Positions 17,886 to 27,390 of a DNA stretch of 34,944 nt are shown here, piece after piece. The position numbers and the translations under genes are program-made. Each line of letters begins with the position of its first letter. Within the stretch, counting starts at the first letter, position 1. This stretch comes from Fidelibacterota bacterium (lineage in GTDB: Bacteria; Fidelibacterota; Marinisomatia; Marinisomatales; JABMOV01), in contig JBHHUC010000021.1 of the NCBI GenBank assembly GCA_046861395.1, positions 1 through 34,944 of the forward strand. Reading direction: 5' to 3'. Under the pieces are notes generated by a model. It made no database searches, was not told where the DNA came from, and saw only the letters and a list, made by a program, of their open reading frames with translations.

Positions 17886-18824
17886 ATGTTCATCATGGAC
17901 ACAAGATCGGTCCCGATACGACAATGGTTTTCCTTCCGGCCCCTATTGACCGGATGGTTTTTATTTACCTTCCACCTGGCCTGCCAGGAACCGCTACCGG
18001 TTTCCGATTCACCCGACACGGATACACCGGAAGGGCAAACGCTGCGCCTTCCGTCCCGCCCGAACGATGCCGCTGACGGCTCTATCCTGGGCGCTGTTTT
18101 ACGCCCGCTGCCACTCCGGGAGCGGGAAGACCGCATTTATCGTGAAATTACTGCCGGCAATGTCCCATCCTTTCTCCGTGATCTCCAGCCCGTGACGATT
18201 CAGGAAACGGTAAATGGGTCGACCTGGACCGTTACCCTCTATATCACACCCGATTACCTGGCTCTGGGCAGCGACGCTGATTATGTCTTAATGCCCATGA
18301 CGCCAATCCTGGCTCAGCGTCTGGCGGATACGTTGGGGGCTTGTCTGCCAACCCGAAAAATTGTGACTAAAATATGGCAAGTCGCCCTTGTCAAACTGGC
18401 ACCGGAACCCATTCCTCCCAGCGCGGCCATGGTAACCGTCCCGGTCTTCCTGGCCCATAACGATATGATTTGGTCGCAGCGTGGGACCAGCCTGATGCAA
18501 TTTCCTCTGGGCTGCCTGGTGGCGGGCCATAAAAAGGATGTCATTTTATCCAACCGGATTGCCACGCAGCCGGACAAAGTGGTGATTTACGGCTGGCACC
18601 AATTAAACGGTCAGCCCATTCAACCCCTTTATTCCGGCCATGCCAATTGGTATGCCGATTACAGTCATGGTATCCGGTTGCTTTATGAAGAATGTTATGT
18701 AAATGGAAACTGGGAAAGAGTGGTGGATATTCTATCCGATGCGGAACGGTATTCGATTCTCAGCGATGAGGCGGGGCCCATGGTTCAGCCCCATTATCCC
18801 GTGGACCTCAGCGATTATCCCTGA
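17886..18824 (+). CDS. Conserved-looking hypothetical protein, probable lipoprotein
   Basis: RBS GAGG; FHLAC lipobox-like; motif-rich core GNVPSFLR, PDYLALGSD.D, AGHKKDV, IYGWH, IQPL..GH...YADYSHG. Confidence 0.7.
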   Translation: MFIMDTRSVPIRQWFSFRPLLTGWFLFTFHLACQEPLPVSDSPDTDTPEGQTLRLPSRPNDAADGSILGAVLRPLPLREREDRIYREITAGNVPSFLRDLQPVTIQETVNGSTWTVTLYITPDYLALGSDADYVLMPMTPILAQRLADTLGACLPTRKIVTKIWQVALVKLAPEPIPPSAAMVTVPVFLAHNDMIWSQRGTSLMQFPLGCLVAGHKKDVILSNRIATQPDKVVIYGWHQLNGQPIQPLYSGHANWYADYSHGIRLLYEECYVNGNWERVVDILSDAERYSILSDEAGPMVQPHYPVDLSDYP

Positions 18825-18839
18825 GCGAAGGGATCCCGG

Positions 18840-19181
18840 TTAACTGTTTTCGTGGTTGCGATATTTTATAATACTGACCTTTTCCCGCGTAATCAATCCT
18901 TCGGCCACCGCTTCGTCCAAAAAAGGCATGAGCCGTTCCAGATTATCGGGCGTGTCCACGATTTCAATGACGATGGGTAAATCTTCCGACAGTCGCAGAA
19001 TCTTAGCCATGTGTAAATGACTGTCGGCTCCGAAGCCCATGATGCCCTTCAGGACGGTGGCGCCGGCCAGATTCAACTCCCGTGCCTTCAGCACAATGGT
19101 TTCATACAGCGGTTTGCCCTGCCAGGTATCGCTTTCGCCAATAAAAATACGTAACAGTTGTCCGGTGTCAGGTAACTTCAT
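18840..19181 (-). CDS. DUF190 (PII-like) protein
   Basis: LLRIFIGESD.WQGKPLY, LAGATVLKGIMGFG, LSEDLPIVIEIVD; directly downstream of fluC. Confidence 0.9.
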   Translation of the reverse strand: MKLPDTGQLLRIFIGESDTWQGKPLYETIVLKARELNLAGATVLKGIMGFGADSHLHMAKILRLSEDLPIVIEIVDTPDNLERLMPFLDEAVAEGLITREKVSIIKYRNHENS

Positions 19182-19182
19182 T

Positions 19183-19572
19183 TTAGCGCAGGAAAGTTAG
19201 AACTTCTTTGGCGGCCATGAAACCGAGAAAAACCAGGGCAATTCCCAGGACATTGTTGGCCAGGATATTGATCAGGGCCAGTCTGGTTTCGCCGTCCCGG
19301 AAGAGATTCATTGTTTCCAGCATGGCGGTGGAAAAGGTGGTGAAGCCGCCCAGGATGCCGATGAAGACAAAGGAACGGAACGAGGCAGGCAGTGTATTGG
19401 TTTCCCAGAACCCCCACAACAGTCCGATGGTGAAGGAGCCGACCAGATTGACGATCAGGGTGCCCAGGGGAAAAGTGGCGCCGAAGAGGCGGTGCGTCAG
19501 GCCGGACAAACCGTAACGGGCCAGGGTGCCAAGGGCACCCCCGGATAGGAGGAGGGCAATGCGAGTCATCAT
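19183..19572 (-). CDS. crcB: Fluoride efflux channel Fluc
   Basis: GGALGTLARY, FPLGTLIVNLVGSF, GILGGFTTFST. Start at ATGATG 19572/19569 rather than the track's 19692. Confidence 0.93.
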   Translation of the reverse strand: MMTRIALLLSGGALGTLARYGLSGLTHRLFGATFPLGTLIVNLVGSFTIGLLWGFWETNTLPASFRSFVFIGILGGFTTFSTAMLETMNLFRDGETRLALINILANNVLGIALVFLGFMAAKEVLTFLR

Positions 19573-19746
19573 TCGTCTAATATGAAAGCGGGAATTTACG
19601 ATTACGGTGCAGTACCAGAACATGATTTCCCGGTAAAAAGAGGTACAGGATCCCGCCGGTAAAGTTGCCGTAAAAAGAATAAAGTCATTCAATGTTTTCA
19701 GAAAATTGATTTAAGTTAATCCACGGAATCAAAATACTTTTAGCCC

Positions 19747-20844
19747 ATGAATCAAAAAGAAACACGTGTGATTAACAGGATCAGGAAAAGAACAAACATC
19801 GTTTTTTCTCTGCTATTGTTAATAATGGCCCTCATCCAGATCCACTGTTCCTATATCAATAAACCGCCCAAAATTGAGACCATCACCGTCACACCAGATT
19901 CCCTGGGGACCTATGATCGGGCTGTTTTACGCTGTGTGGCCAGCGACGGGGATAATGATCCCTTAAATTATCGCTGGAAAGCCCGGTACGGGACCTTCGT
20001 TTCCGGGAGTAAAAGTGATTCGGCTGTCTGGCAGGCCCCGAGCATACCGGGACTCTATTATATCCGGGTTGTTGTGAGCGATGATTATGATTTGGATATG
20101 GATTCCATTGCCATTCAGGTCGATCAGTTTTTTAATATGATTTCCATTCCGCCGGATAGTTTTACCTATGGCGAGGGGGATACCCTGAAAGTAATGAATC
20201 AGGGATTTTCCATCATGAAATATGAAGTTACCAACCAGCAGTACGCCAAATACCTGGAGGAGGCGCTAACGGCAGGAGAAATTGCCCTTTCAGGATCCAC
20301 GCTGGTGGGGTATTACACCGGGGATGAAAATTATGGTGCCAATTATTATACCTATATTGATTTGTCCGACTCGGCCAGCCGAATATCCATGGTAGGACCG
20401 GCCACCTTCACCATAGATCCCGGCTATTCCTTTCATCCTGTCGTGGCCGTATCCTGGTTCGGAGCCCTGGCTTTTGCCGATCATTACAGCCTGAGTTTGC
20501 CCACAGAACAGGAATGGGAATTGGCAGCGCGGGGAGACCGGGGATACGATTATCCCTGGGGCGATACTGACCCCACCTGTGAAATGACCAATTATTCCGG
20601 CTGTCGCGATGACACCCAACCCGTGGGAAGGTCTAGCGGCGTCAGTCCCTACGGACTGTACGATATGTCCGGTAATGTCTGGGAATGGACCGCCGACTGG
20701 TATAATGATTCCCTGTTTACCCGGGTCCGGCGTGGAGGCGGCTACAATAATTTCGGTGATGCCCTGAAATCCTGGTTCCGTTATCATTCCGATCCCACCG
20801 GATATTACGAAGCGGTGGGCTTCCGCTGCATAAAACGGGAGTAG
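19747..20844 (+). CDS. Exported protein: N-terminal Ig/PKD-like domain plus FGE-sulfatase (SUMF1/CLec-fold) domain
   Basis: N-terminal hydrophobic segment ending IHCS; ASDGDNDPLNYRW; YEVTNQQY, HPVVAVSW, LPTEQEWELAARG, GLYDMSGNVWEW, RGGG...VGFRC. Confidence 0.88.
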   Translation: MNQKETRVINRIRKRTNIVFSLLLLIMALIQIHCSYINKPPKIETITVTPDSLGTYDRAVLRCVASDGDNDPLNYRWKARYGTFVSGSKSDSAVWQAPSIPGLYYIRVVVSDDYDLDMDSIAIQVDQFFNMISIPPDSFTYGEGDTLKVMNQGFSIMKYEVTNQQYAKYLEEALTAGEIALSGSTLVGYYTGDENYGANYYTYIDLSDSASRISMVGPATFTIDPGYSFHPVVAVSWFGALAFADHYSLSLPTEQEWELAARGDRGYDYPWGDTDPTCEMTNYSGCRDDTQPVGRSSGVSPYGLYDMSGNVWEWTADWYNDSLFTRVRRGGGYNNFGDALKSWFRYHSDPTGYYEAVGFRCIKRE

Positions 20845-20885
20845 GACAACCAAGCGACCGGACCGGAGTCACACTGGTATTAATC

Positions 20886-21767
20886 ATGGAGCACCGTATG
20901 AATTGGAAAAACGTTAAACCAATATGGTTTATTCTCATGTGTACTACCCTGGTCCTGGCCGGGGACCGAAGTCAGGTCCGTATTGGCGGCAGTGTCACCG
21001 TTCCCCGCTACAATGAAGTGGAAAATGTCGTCGCCGTTGGGGGAGATGCCAAGGTGTACGGTACAGCCTATGGCGATGTGGTCGCTGTAGGCGGTGATGT
21101 CTATCTGGGACCGGATGCCCGGATTCATGGTGATTGTGTCAGTGTAGGCGGCACCATCCATCTCAGTGACGGTGCCATGGTCTATGGTGAATTGGTGGAA
21201 GTTGATGATTTCAATATTTCGGCACTGATGAGCCGGACCTTCAATAAGCGAGAATTCTTTCACCGTGGCCGCGGTTTTCATTACCTCCCCGGCCTGGCAT
21301 TCATGGTTCTTGGCATAATCGTCATGCTGCTGTTGCCGAATCAGGCCCAGCCGGTGATGCGTACCCTGGAAATGGAACCGGGGAAAGCCTTTCTCAGTGG
21401 CCTGGCCGGTGTATTCCTTTTCGTTCCCACCATGGTATTGCTGGCTATCTCTCTTTTAGGTCTGCCCTTTATTCCCTTATTTATTATTACGTCCCTCTTA
21501 TTACTATTTTTCGGTTATTTTTCGGTCGCCGCTTTGCTGGGCAAGAAACTGTTGCAAAATGCCAGTACCGGTTCTCAATCCTATGTCCTGCAATTGATCC
21601 TGGGATTGGTATTACTGTGGCTTGTGGGGCTGATCCCCATGGTCGGATCGGTGGTTAGATATTTGCTCTATGTCCTGGGTTGGGGCGCCGTCCTCATGGT
21701 GCTTGCCATGAGACTGAGTAACCGACGCAAACCGGTATTACCCCCGAAGATGGATGCCACCGAATGA
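20886..21767 (+). CDS. Membrane protein with N-terminal bactofilin-like beta-helix repeats and about 5 TM segments
   Basis: Signal peptide; repeats VVAVGGDA.V.G / GDVVAVGGDV / GDCVSVGG; hydrophobic C-terminal half. Confidence 0.75.
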   Translation: MEHRMNWKNVKPIWFILMCTTLVLAGDRSQVRIGGSVTVPRYNEVENVVAVGGDAKVYGTAYGDVVAVGGDVYLGPDARIHGDCVSVGGTIHLSDGAMVYGELVEVDDFNISALMSRTFNKREFFHRGRGFHYLPGLAFMVLGIIVMLLLPNQAQPVMRTLEMEPGKAFLSGLAGVFLFVPTMVLLAISLLGLPFIPLFIITSLLLLFFGYFSVAALLGKKLLQNASTGSQSYVLQLILGLVLLWLVGLIPMVGSVVRYLLYVLGWGAVLMVLAMRLSNRRKPVLPPKMDATE

Positions 21768-22330
21768 TGACGGTGGGCGTCAGTGATTTTGTACGGCGAC
21801 AGGTTGCCGGGTCCGGGAAGACGTATTCTCCCACCCTGACATTTACTGCCATGGCAGAACATGCCGCCCGGCAACTGGCGCGGGGCGCCTGTCGCCCCGG
21901 CTATCGTGACGGAGTCATTCTCGTGGCAGTGGACCCAGCTCTGGTGCCGCAATTTATCTGTCCCTATGTGCGTATCCGGGAGGAGACAAAACTGCGGGTC
22001 ACCCGTACCAGGCGCCGGCCGGACGAAGAACCCTATCTTCAAATCCAGGCTCTGAATGGAAAACCATTGCGAGCCGGGAATGTGGAATTGGTGTTATATC
22101 GCCATGATGTTCTGGCCGAAACAGGGGAAGAATCCTGTGATACGGAATGGGAATTAATCAGTATCCAAGCTATCCCGGAAGGGCTGGATACCATGCCCAT
22201 GGGACCGGTCACTATGATGCGCAATCAACTGCAGTTATCCGGGGGAACAAAAGCGCATTATTCTTCAGAGGAATGGGCTGAAGCGGTTCATTTCTGGCAG
22301 CATTATGCGCCCCTGGCTCCGGAGCAATAG
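21764..22330 (+). CDS. DUF3228-family protein
   Basis: FVRRQ, PGYRDGV, RRPDEEP.L, LVLYRHDVL.E, WELISI, PMGPVTMMRN, GG...AVHFW; ATGA overlap with the upstream gene. Confidence 0.75.
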   Translation: MMTVGVSDFVRRQVAGSGKTYSPTLTFTAMAEHAARQLARGACRPGYRDGVILVAVDPALVPQFICPYVRIREETKLRVTRTRRRPDEEPYLQIQALNGKPLRAGNVELVLYRHDVLAETGEESCDTEWELISIQAIPEGLDTMPMGPVTMMRNQLQLSGGTKAHYSSEEWAEAVHFWQHYAPLAPEQ

Positions 22331-22331
22331 T

Positions 22332-23243
22332 CTATTTCAACAATAATACTTTCCGTGTCATCATGTTCTGGGGTGTCCGGAGGCGAATAAAATATATCCC
22401 GGCCGGAATATCGCTGGCCTGCCAGGTAAAGGAATGCACGCCCGGATTCAGGACGGCTTGATGGATACGAGTGATTTCTTCTCCCAGGAGATTATAGGCC
22501 GCCACCGTTACCATTTCCGTAACGGTGGTATTGAAGGTAATACGGGTAGCCGGATTGAAGGGATTGGGATAAATATCAAAAAGCGTGAATGCTTCAGGGA
22601 CAGCAGGGGACGGTGCGACGGATACGAAGGCGGTATCCAATACCGTAGCCAGGTTGAATTGTCCGTTTGTGATAAACAGGGTCGGCGGCGGAAAGCCCAG
22701 CTGAATGGCCGTGGCGTAAAACGATCCCGTCAGGCTGTCTTGATCAACGGTGGCAATGGTCAGATCCCCGGCGATGGCGGCATAGGCCAGATCCGTCAGG
22801 GAATTCAAGACGATGATCAGCAGGGAATCGGAAAATTCCGTATTGGTGGTATCCAATAAAGGAGCCACGATGGTCATGGCGGTGGCCGAATCGATTTTTG
22901 GAATAAAGAGCAGTATTTGCTGGGGCGGTGTTTCATTGCTGACACCCAGCGCCCAGGAACCGGCTGTAATGGAACCACTGGTGTCCAGACCATACATAAA
23001 AAGTAGGTCAAAGGTATCATGTCCCACATGCTGGAGGGCCGTAATGACGGCCAGGCCCGAATCTACGTTACTTATAATCAGACCACCGGCCAGGGATAGG
23101 GTATCGGCCGTATCCACGGTAAAGGTTCCGTTGTCTGCTCCGGAATAAGCAAAAGATAACTGGCCCCGGTAGGCGGCAACATCCTGTGCCGGCAGAAGAG
23201 TTGCCAGGAAGAGTCCCAGGGATAAAAAAAACTTATTCATCAT
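22332..23243 (-). CDS. Secreted protein with C-terminal T9SS type-A-like sorting domain
   Basis: Sec signal; C-terminus PEAFTL..IYPNPFNP.T.I.F...YNLLGEE...W.AS...GIYFIRL...RKVLLLK. Confidence 0.85.
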   Translation of the reverse strand: MMNKFFLSLGLFLATLLPAQDVAAYRGQLSFAYSGADNGTFTVDTADTLSLAGGLIISNVDSGLAVITALQHVGHDTFDLLFMYGLDTSGSITAGSWALGVSNETPPQQILLFIPKIDSATAMTIVAPLLDTTNTEFSDSLLIIVLNSLTDLAYAAIAGDLTIATVDQDSLTGSFYATAIQLGFPPPTLFITNGQFNLATVLDTAFVSVAPSPAVPEAFTLFDIYPNPFNPATRITFNTTVTEMVTVAAYNLLGEEITRIHQAVLNPGVHSFTWQASDIPAGIYFIRLRTPQNMMTRKVLLLK

Positions 23244-23301
23244 TCACCTCATCGTACGGTGTGAGTTTACGACCCCCGCCGCCGAGAATCCATGTTTTGC
23301 G

Positions 23302-24216
23302 TCACGTTTCGTCCTGCCACGTGATGTCGTCCGCCAGGGGCAGGAAAACAGGCAGACCCTTGGGACGGGAAAAGATAAACCGGGACGTGTCGGACTCCAG
23401 TGTAAAGGTCACCGGTCGCCCCACATCTCGTTTCCGGCAATCAAAGGTGGTTTTCCGGAGGCCGATCATGTGATCGAACAGGGCCGGTCCCGTTGTACTC
23501 CTGATACAGTAGGGCATGAATTCCTTGAGAAAATAATGTGGTTGGGACTGGATGGTACCGGTGAAGCGGGTGGCGGGGAAATCGCGGTATTGCTGGGCCA
23601 CGGCATGGAGAAAATCTTCCAGATTCTGCCGTGTGAAAGGTGGAATTTCCCGGCGACGACGGGAAAAAACGGCAAACCGTTCATCTGTGATATTCACAGG
23701 CTCCATGATTTCGTTTCCCCGCGAGAGCCATTTCCGGGGAGCTGAACGCAGGACATTATCCGCGAAGGAGTGGTGCCGGTGCAGATCGTTTAAATCAATC
23801 TCCAGGGCCTGGAATCCCTGTTCTTGGAAATAGGCGATTTTATCGGGCGTGGCAGGGTGGTTATGGTTGATTTCGATGAGGAAGCGGCGGCGGTCAGGCG
23901 TGAAGGCTGCCACATCAATATAGAACCGGCTCAGGGGCTGTTCGGTTGTCATCTGGCGTAATGCGTATTCCTCAGCGTCGGGGCCAAGGATGTATCCGGC
24001 CCGGATGATGATTTGTTTGGCAATGAAATGTCGTTCCGTTTCCCCTTGCGTCCCACAGGAAGGATGGGCCAGCGTATGCCGGAAATAGGATCGCCCCGAT
24101 CGGGTCTGCCGCCAAATGACGGGTAATCCGCATCGGGGACAGGTCAGATGATTAAGGTTCCGTCCTGCAGCATCTCGGGCAGCAATGATGTCCTGATTAT
24201 GCCGGGCAAACTCCAA
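23302..24216 (-). CDS. CoiA-like protein: N-terminal Zn finger plus PD-(D/E)xK-like nuclease domain
   Basis: CPRC...YFRH...C, GETERH..AK, E...IDV...LIEI..H, KI......LEIDL. TTG start 6 nt after the msrB stop. Confidence 0.65.
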   Translation of the reverse strand: MEFARHNQDIIAARDAAGRNLNHLTCPRCGLPVIWRQTRSGRSYFRHTLAHPSCGTQGETERHFIAKQIIIRAGYILGPDAEEYALRQMTTEQPLSRFYIDVAAFTPDRRRFLIEINHNHPATPDKIAYFQEQGFQALEIDLNDLHRHHSFADNVLRSAPRKWLSRGNEIMEPVNITDERFAVFSRRRREIPPFTRQNLEDFLHAVAQQYRDFPATRFTGTIQSQPHYFLKEFMPYCIRSTTGPALFDHMIGLRKTTFDCRKRDVGRPVTFTLESDTSRFIFSRPKGLPVFLPLADDITWQDET

Positions 24217-24222
24217 CGGGGA

Positions 24223-24708
24223 TCAGTCGGTTGTTTTTTTACTGGCCTGGAACAACAATGAGGTGGAATTAATGCAATAGCGTAATCCCGTGGGAGGGGG
24301 ACCATCATTGAAAACATGTCCCAGATGACCGCCACAGCGGGCACAGGTCACTTCGGTTCGCACCATACCGAAACTATTGTCGGGATGTTCCTCAATGGCT
24401 CCGTCCAGGAAATTATAGAAGGCCGGCCAGCCGCAGCCGGAATTGTATTTGGTATCGGAATCGAAGAGTTCGGCTCCGCAGGCGGCACAAACGTAGGTAC
24501 CTGGTTCAAAGAATTCATCATAAATGCCTGTGAAGGCCCGTTCGGTACCTTTTTGTCTCAGGACACGGTACTGTTCCGGGGTCAATTTTTCCTTCCATTG
24601 AGCCTCGGTCGTGGTTTTGGGATCCATGGATTGTCCTTTCTCATCCTGGCCGGTCAGGACTGCCATCAGGCCGGCGCTGAGTACGATGAGTAAAATTGTT
24701 TTCATCAT
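24223..24708 (-). CDS. msrB: Peptide-methionine (R)-S-oxide reductase with N-terminal signal peptide
   Basis: [52 protein letters not shown] before ATG 24708; hydrophobic leader [20 protein letters not shown]. Confidence 0.93.
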   Translation of the reverse strand: MMKTILLIVLSAGLMAVLTGQDEKGQSMDPKTTTEAQWKEKLTPEQYRVLRQKGTERAFTGIYDEFFEPGTYVCAACGAELFDSDTKYNSGCGWPAFYNFLDGAIEEHPDNSFGMVRTEVTCARCGGHLGHVFNDGPPPTGLRYCINSTSLLFQASKKTTD

Positions 24709-24945
24709 TTTATCCTTTTGGTCTATGGAATTTACAACCGCTGGAAGGACACGTGGTTCCGGGCGACAGGTTTCCAGCGGGCTGTCCGGCAATAAGCAAC
24801 ACGATTCCACCCCTTATCATTCAACACCTAGGGCGTTGGGGATTTTACTGTTATCAAATGCTATAAGATATTTGATCCCTATGAGATCATTTTTTCCACG
24901 ATTTCCGGAAGAGCCAAACTTTATAATACTTAAAGATTGAACAAA

Positions 24946-24970
24946 GTGAGCCCACCGGGATTCGACCCCC
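24946..24970 (-). repeat. tRNA 3'-end-like fragment (possible att-site remnant)
   Basis: Minus strand GGGGG-TCGAAT-CCCGG-TGGGCTC-AC resembles a T-loop, 3' T-stem, 7-nt acceptor strand and discriminator; no matching 5' half nearby. Confidence 0.4.
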
Positions 24971-25083
24971 ATTACTCATAGAGTAAATCGTCGATCGTGT
25001 AGGGGTGATAGCGATAGAATTACCGTCGAAGCGATCACTGTCAGCGCTGAATCCATTACAGCAAATGGTAAAAATGTCTTAAA

Positions 25084-27390
25084 TTGACCAATAGTTTTCG
25101 TTCGAGTACACCATTGACATCACTTCTAGAATTTGAACGCCGTTTCCAGGTCACAATGAGTGGCCTGTCCAATGAATCCAGTTCGCACGCAGCCACCTCG
25201 CTAATACTCCATCTGTTTTCGGCCTTCAAGGATATTCCGGACCCGGAAGTCGCCACCTCCTATTTTCTTGAAATCCTCCCCTATATCACCAGACATGTGT
25301 CGGAGGAAACGTTAGCCTGGCGCCCACCAACCGATTTGCAGGTCATGGCGGAGATGTGGCGGCGCTTTCATGCCACCGGTCTGATTTCGGATGAAGACTT
25401 CCATTCCGTGGATACGGCCCTGAAGCGTAGCCAGGTGATGACATCCCTCCAGATCAGGGATTCTGGCCTCCTTGTTAAACACCTCAAAACGGATGTGCCC
25501 TATACACCGGAAACCGGTGATGTTCCAGCAATCCTGAGGGAGTTGATTGATCATTTGCAGGATTCTAAAAGCCAGGATCTTTTACGTAAAACGGCAAGCG
25601 ACCTGGAAAAACTTACAACCCCAATACCGGGAAAATACAGAGTTTGGACTCTTCTGGTGGAAAATATCAGGATCGGAAAAGGCCTGTCGCAATCCGGTTT
25701 CCTGAGCCCGTTGTCAGTACAACTTGATCCCATGACGGAGAATGCAACAACGGATTATATCACCTTCAACCACCAGACCGTCAGCGGGGACTTGATATAC
25801 AATCAAATCGAGAATGCATATCAATGGGCCAAAATCTATATTTTGGGATCGCGTGGTGCCGGTAACACCTTTTATCATGCCTCCTACCGGTTTCCGGAAA
25901 TGGAAGCCTTGTATACCGGGAATTCCCTGGGGCTGGCCATTGGATTGGTCACGCTGGCCGCTCTGAGTAACAGGGAAGGTGCCCGCTTTACCTACGAGGT
26001 GCAACCGGATGTGGCTATAACCGGGGCTCTCACAGTCAGCGGTGAGGTGGGCGCGGTGGAACCCGGCAGCCTGAAACAGAAATTGGAAGTGGCCCTCCTA
26101 TCACATTGTTCGTATATAATTGTTCCCCAAAGTAATTTGGCAGATACCGAGGAGGCTTTGCTTACCCTGCGTAAAACATATCCGGGATCGGTGCTGGCGT
26201 TAATTCCGGTTAGGTCGGTTCGGGAAGTTCTATCCGATTCACGCGTCATACGAAAAAAACGTCGGCGATGGCTCCAGCGTCTTGCCACGAGGCGGTTTCG
26301 CCGCCAATTGACCCTGGTGGGTACCACAGGCCTATTGGGCCTGCTGGGCGCAATCATTGTAGCCCTGTCCATCGATAAGAACCCGGCCGGTGCCTATATC
26401 AACGGATCCGTCCTTAAAATCGAAAACGCCCGGCACGGCGTCCTGTGGAAAAAGGACTTTGATCAGTTCCAGTATACTGGAATAAAAAATGGACAGTTAC
26501 CAATTGTAGATGTGGCCGACTATGACCAGGATGGAGAGAATGAAGTCGTCTACATAGCGAACCGGGGCAAAAAACAAAATAAAGATGTAATCTATTATTT
26601 TGAATCCGACGGTCATGAGGTCTGGTCTTATGGTGAGCGGCGTACAATGATATTTGGTTCCGAGTCCTTCAAACCCCCTTACTTGGGGAAATTCTTAATT
26701 CCGTATTCGGGGAATGGTCGTCGGACATTTTTTACGGTATTATCGCAATCCCCTTTTTATCCCGATGTGTTTTACCAATTTGATAACCAGGGACAAATTC
26801 TTCAGGAATTCTGGAATCCCGGGGAGTTGAAATTTGCCCTTTTTCATGATTTTGAAGAGGATGATGAGGAAGAATTACTGGTGGGTGGCGGCAGCAATGA
26901 TTTTAACAGTGCGATGCTTTATATTTTTACACCGGGTCTGGTTTCAGGCTGCGGACCTGTCGATAATCCGGCGTATCAGGTGCAAAATGTACCCCCGGGT
27001 CGATTCAAATATGGTATTCGCTTCAACCCCTTGCCCACTGAACAGATAGACTATTCGCGAGAAGAAATATTTTTAATAAACATAGATGATAACGGGAAAT
27101 ACAAACTGAATATAAATTCGATTTATGGTCCCTATATCATAAGAATGAATTCCCCATTTGAAGTGGATACCGTAATCATCAGTGATACATTTCTTGCAAA
27201 TTATAGTTTAAAACACCATTCCGAATTTTTATCTGAATTCAGCCCGGATACGATTTTTAAAACGGCCTCAGCGATGCGATTTTGGGATGGTGAAAAATGG
27301 TCAGATGAGCCTGTGATAAACAAATACTGGTATAATGATGAAATAACGGAAACCAAGATTACCACAATGGAGCCTAAACCGACTGGATAA
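25084..27390 (+). CDS. Single-pass membrane protein with Lon (S16)-like protease domain and C-terminal FG-GAP/beta-propeller-like domain
   Basis: YTGNSLGLAIGL...VAITGALTVSGEVGAV...LKQKLEVA...IIVPQSN; Arg-rich stretch then TM LVGTTGLLGLLGAIIVALSI; DVADYDQDGENEVV and HDFEEDDEEELLVGG. Start uncertain (TTG 25084 or ATG 25156). Confidence 0.75.
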   Translation: MTNSFRSSTPLTSLLEFERRFQVTMSGLSNESSSHAATSLILHLFSAFKDIPDPEVATSYFLEILPYITRHVSEETLAWRPPTDLQVMAEMWRRFHATGLISDEDFHSVDTALKRSQVMTSLQIRDSGLLVKHLKTDVPYTPETGDVPAILRELIDHLQDSKSQDLLRKTASDLEKLTTPIPGKYRVWTLLVENIRIGKGLSQSGFLSPLSVQLDPMTENATTDYITFNHQTVSGDLIYNQIENAYQWAKIYILGSRGAGNTFYHASYRFPEMEALYTGNSLGLAIGLVTLAALSNREGARFTYEVQPDVAITGALTVSGEVGAVEPGSLKQKLEVALLSHCSYIIVPQSNLADTEEALLTLRKTYPGSVLALIPVRSVREVLSDSRVIRKKRRRWLQRLATRRFRRQLTLVGTTGLLGLLGAIIVALSIDKNPAGAYINGSVLKIENARHGVLWKKDFDQFQYTGIKNGQLPIVDVADYDQDGENEVVYIANRGKKQNKDVIYYFESDGHEVWSYGERRTMIFGSESFKPPYLGKFLIPYSGNGRRTFFTVLSQSPFYPDVFYQFDNQGQILQEFWNPGELKFALFHDFEEDDEEELLVGGGSNDFNSAMLYIFTPGLVSGCGPVDNPAYQVQNVPPGRFKYGIRFNPLPTEQIDYSREEIFLINIDDNGKYKLNINSIYGPYIIRMNSPFEVDTVIISDTFLANYSLKHHSEFLSEFSPDTIFKTASAMRFWDGEKWSDEPVINKYWYNDEITETKITTMEPKPTG

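Noticed and set aside
19573..19746. Fluoride riboswitch upstream of crcB
   Set aside because: No GGCGATGG...CGCC core on the minus strand; the GATGACTC-like string is simply the crcB start codons.
20690..20844. DGR variable region at the C-terminus of the FGE/CLec domain
   Set aside because: The fold is a common DGR target, but I saw no reverse transcriptase and no adenine-variant template repeat in the window.
24946..25060. Complete tRNA or tmRNA gene
   Set aside because: Only a 3'-end-like piece; no D arm, anticodon arm or complementary 5' acceptor strand, and the end does not match tmRNA CTCCACCA.
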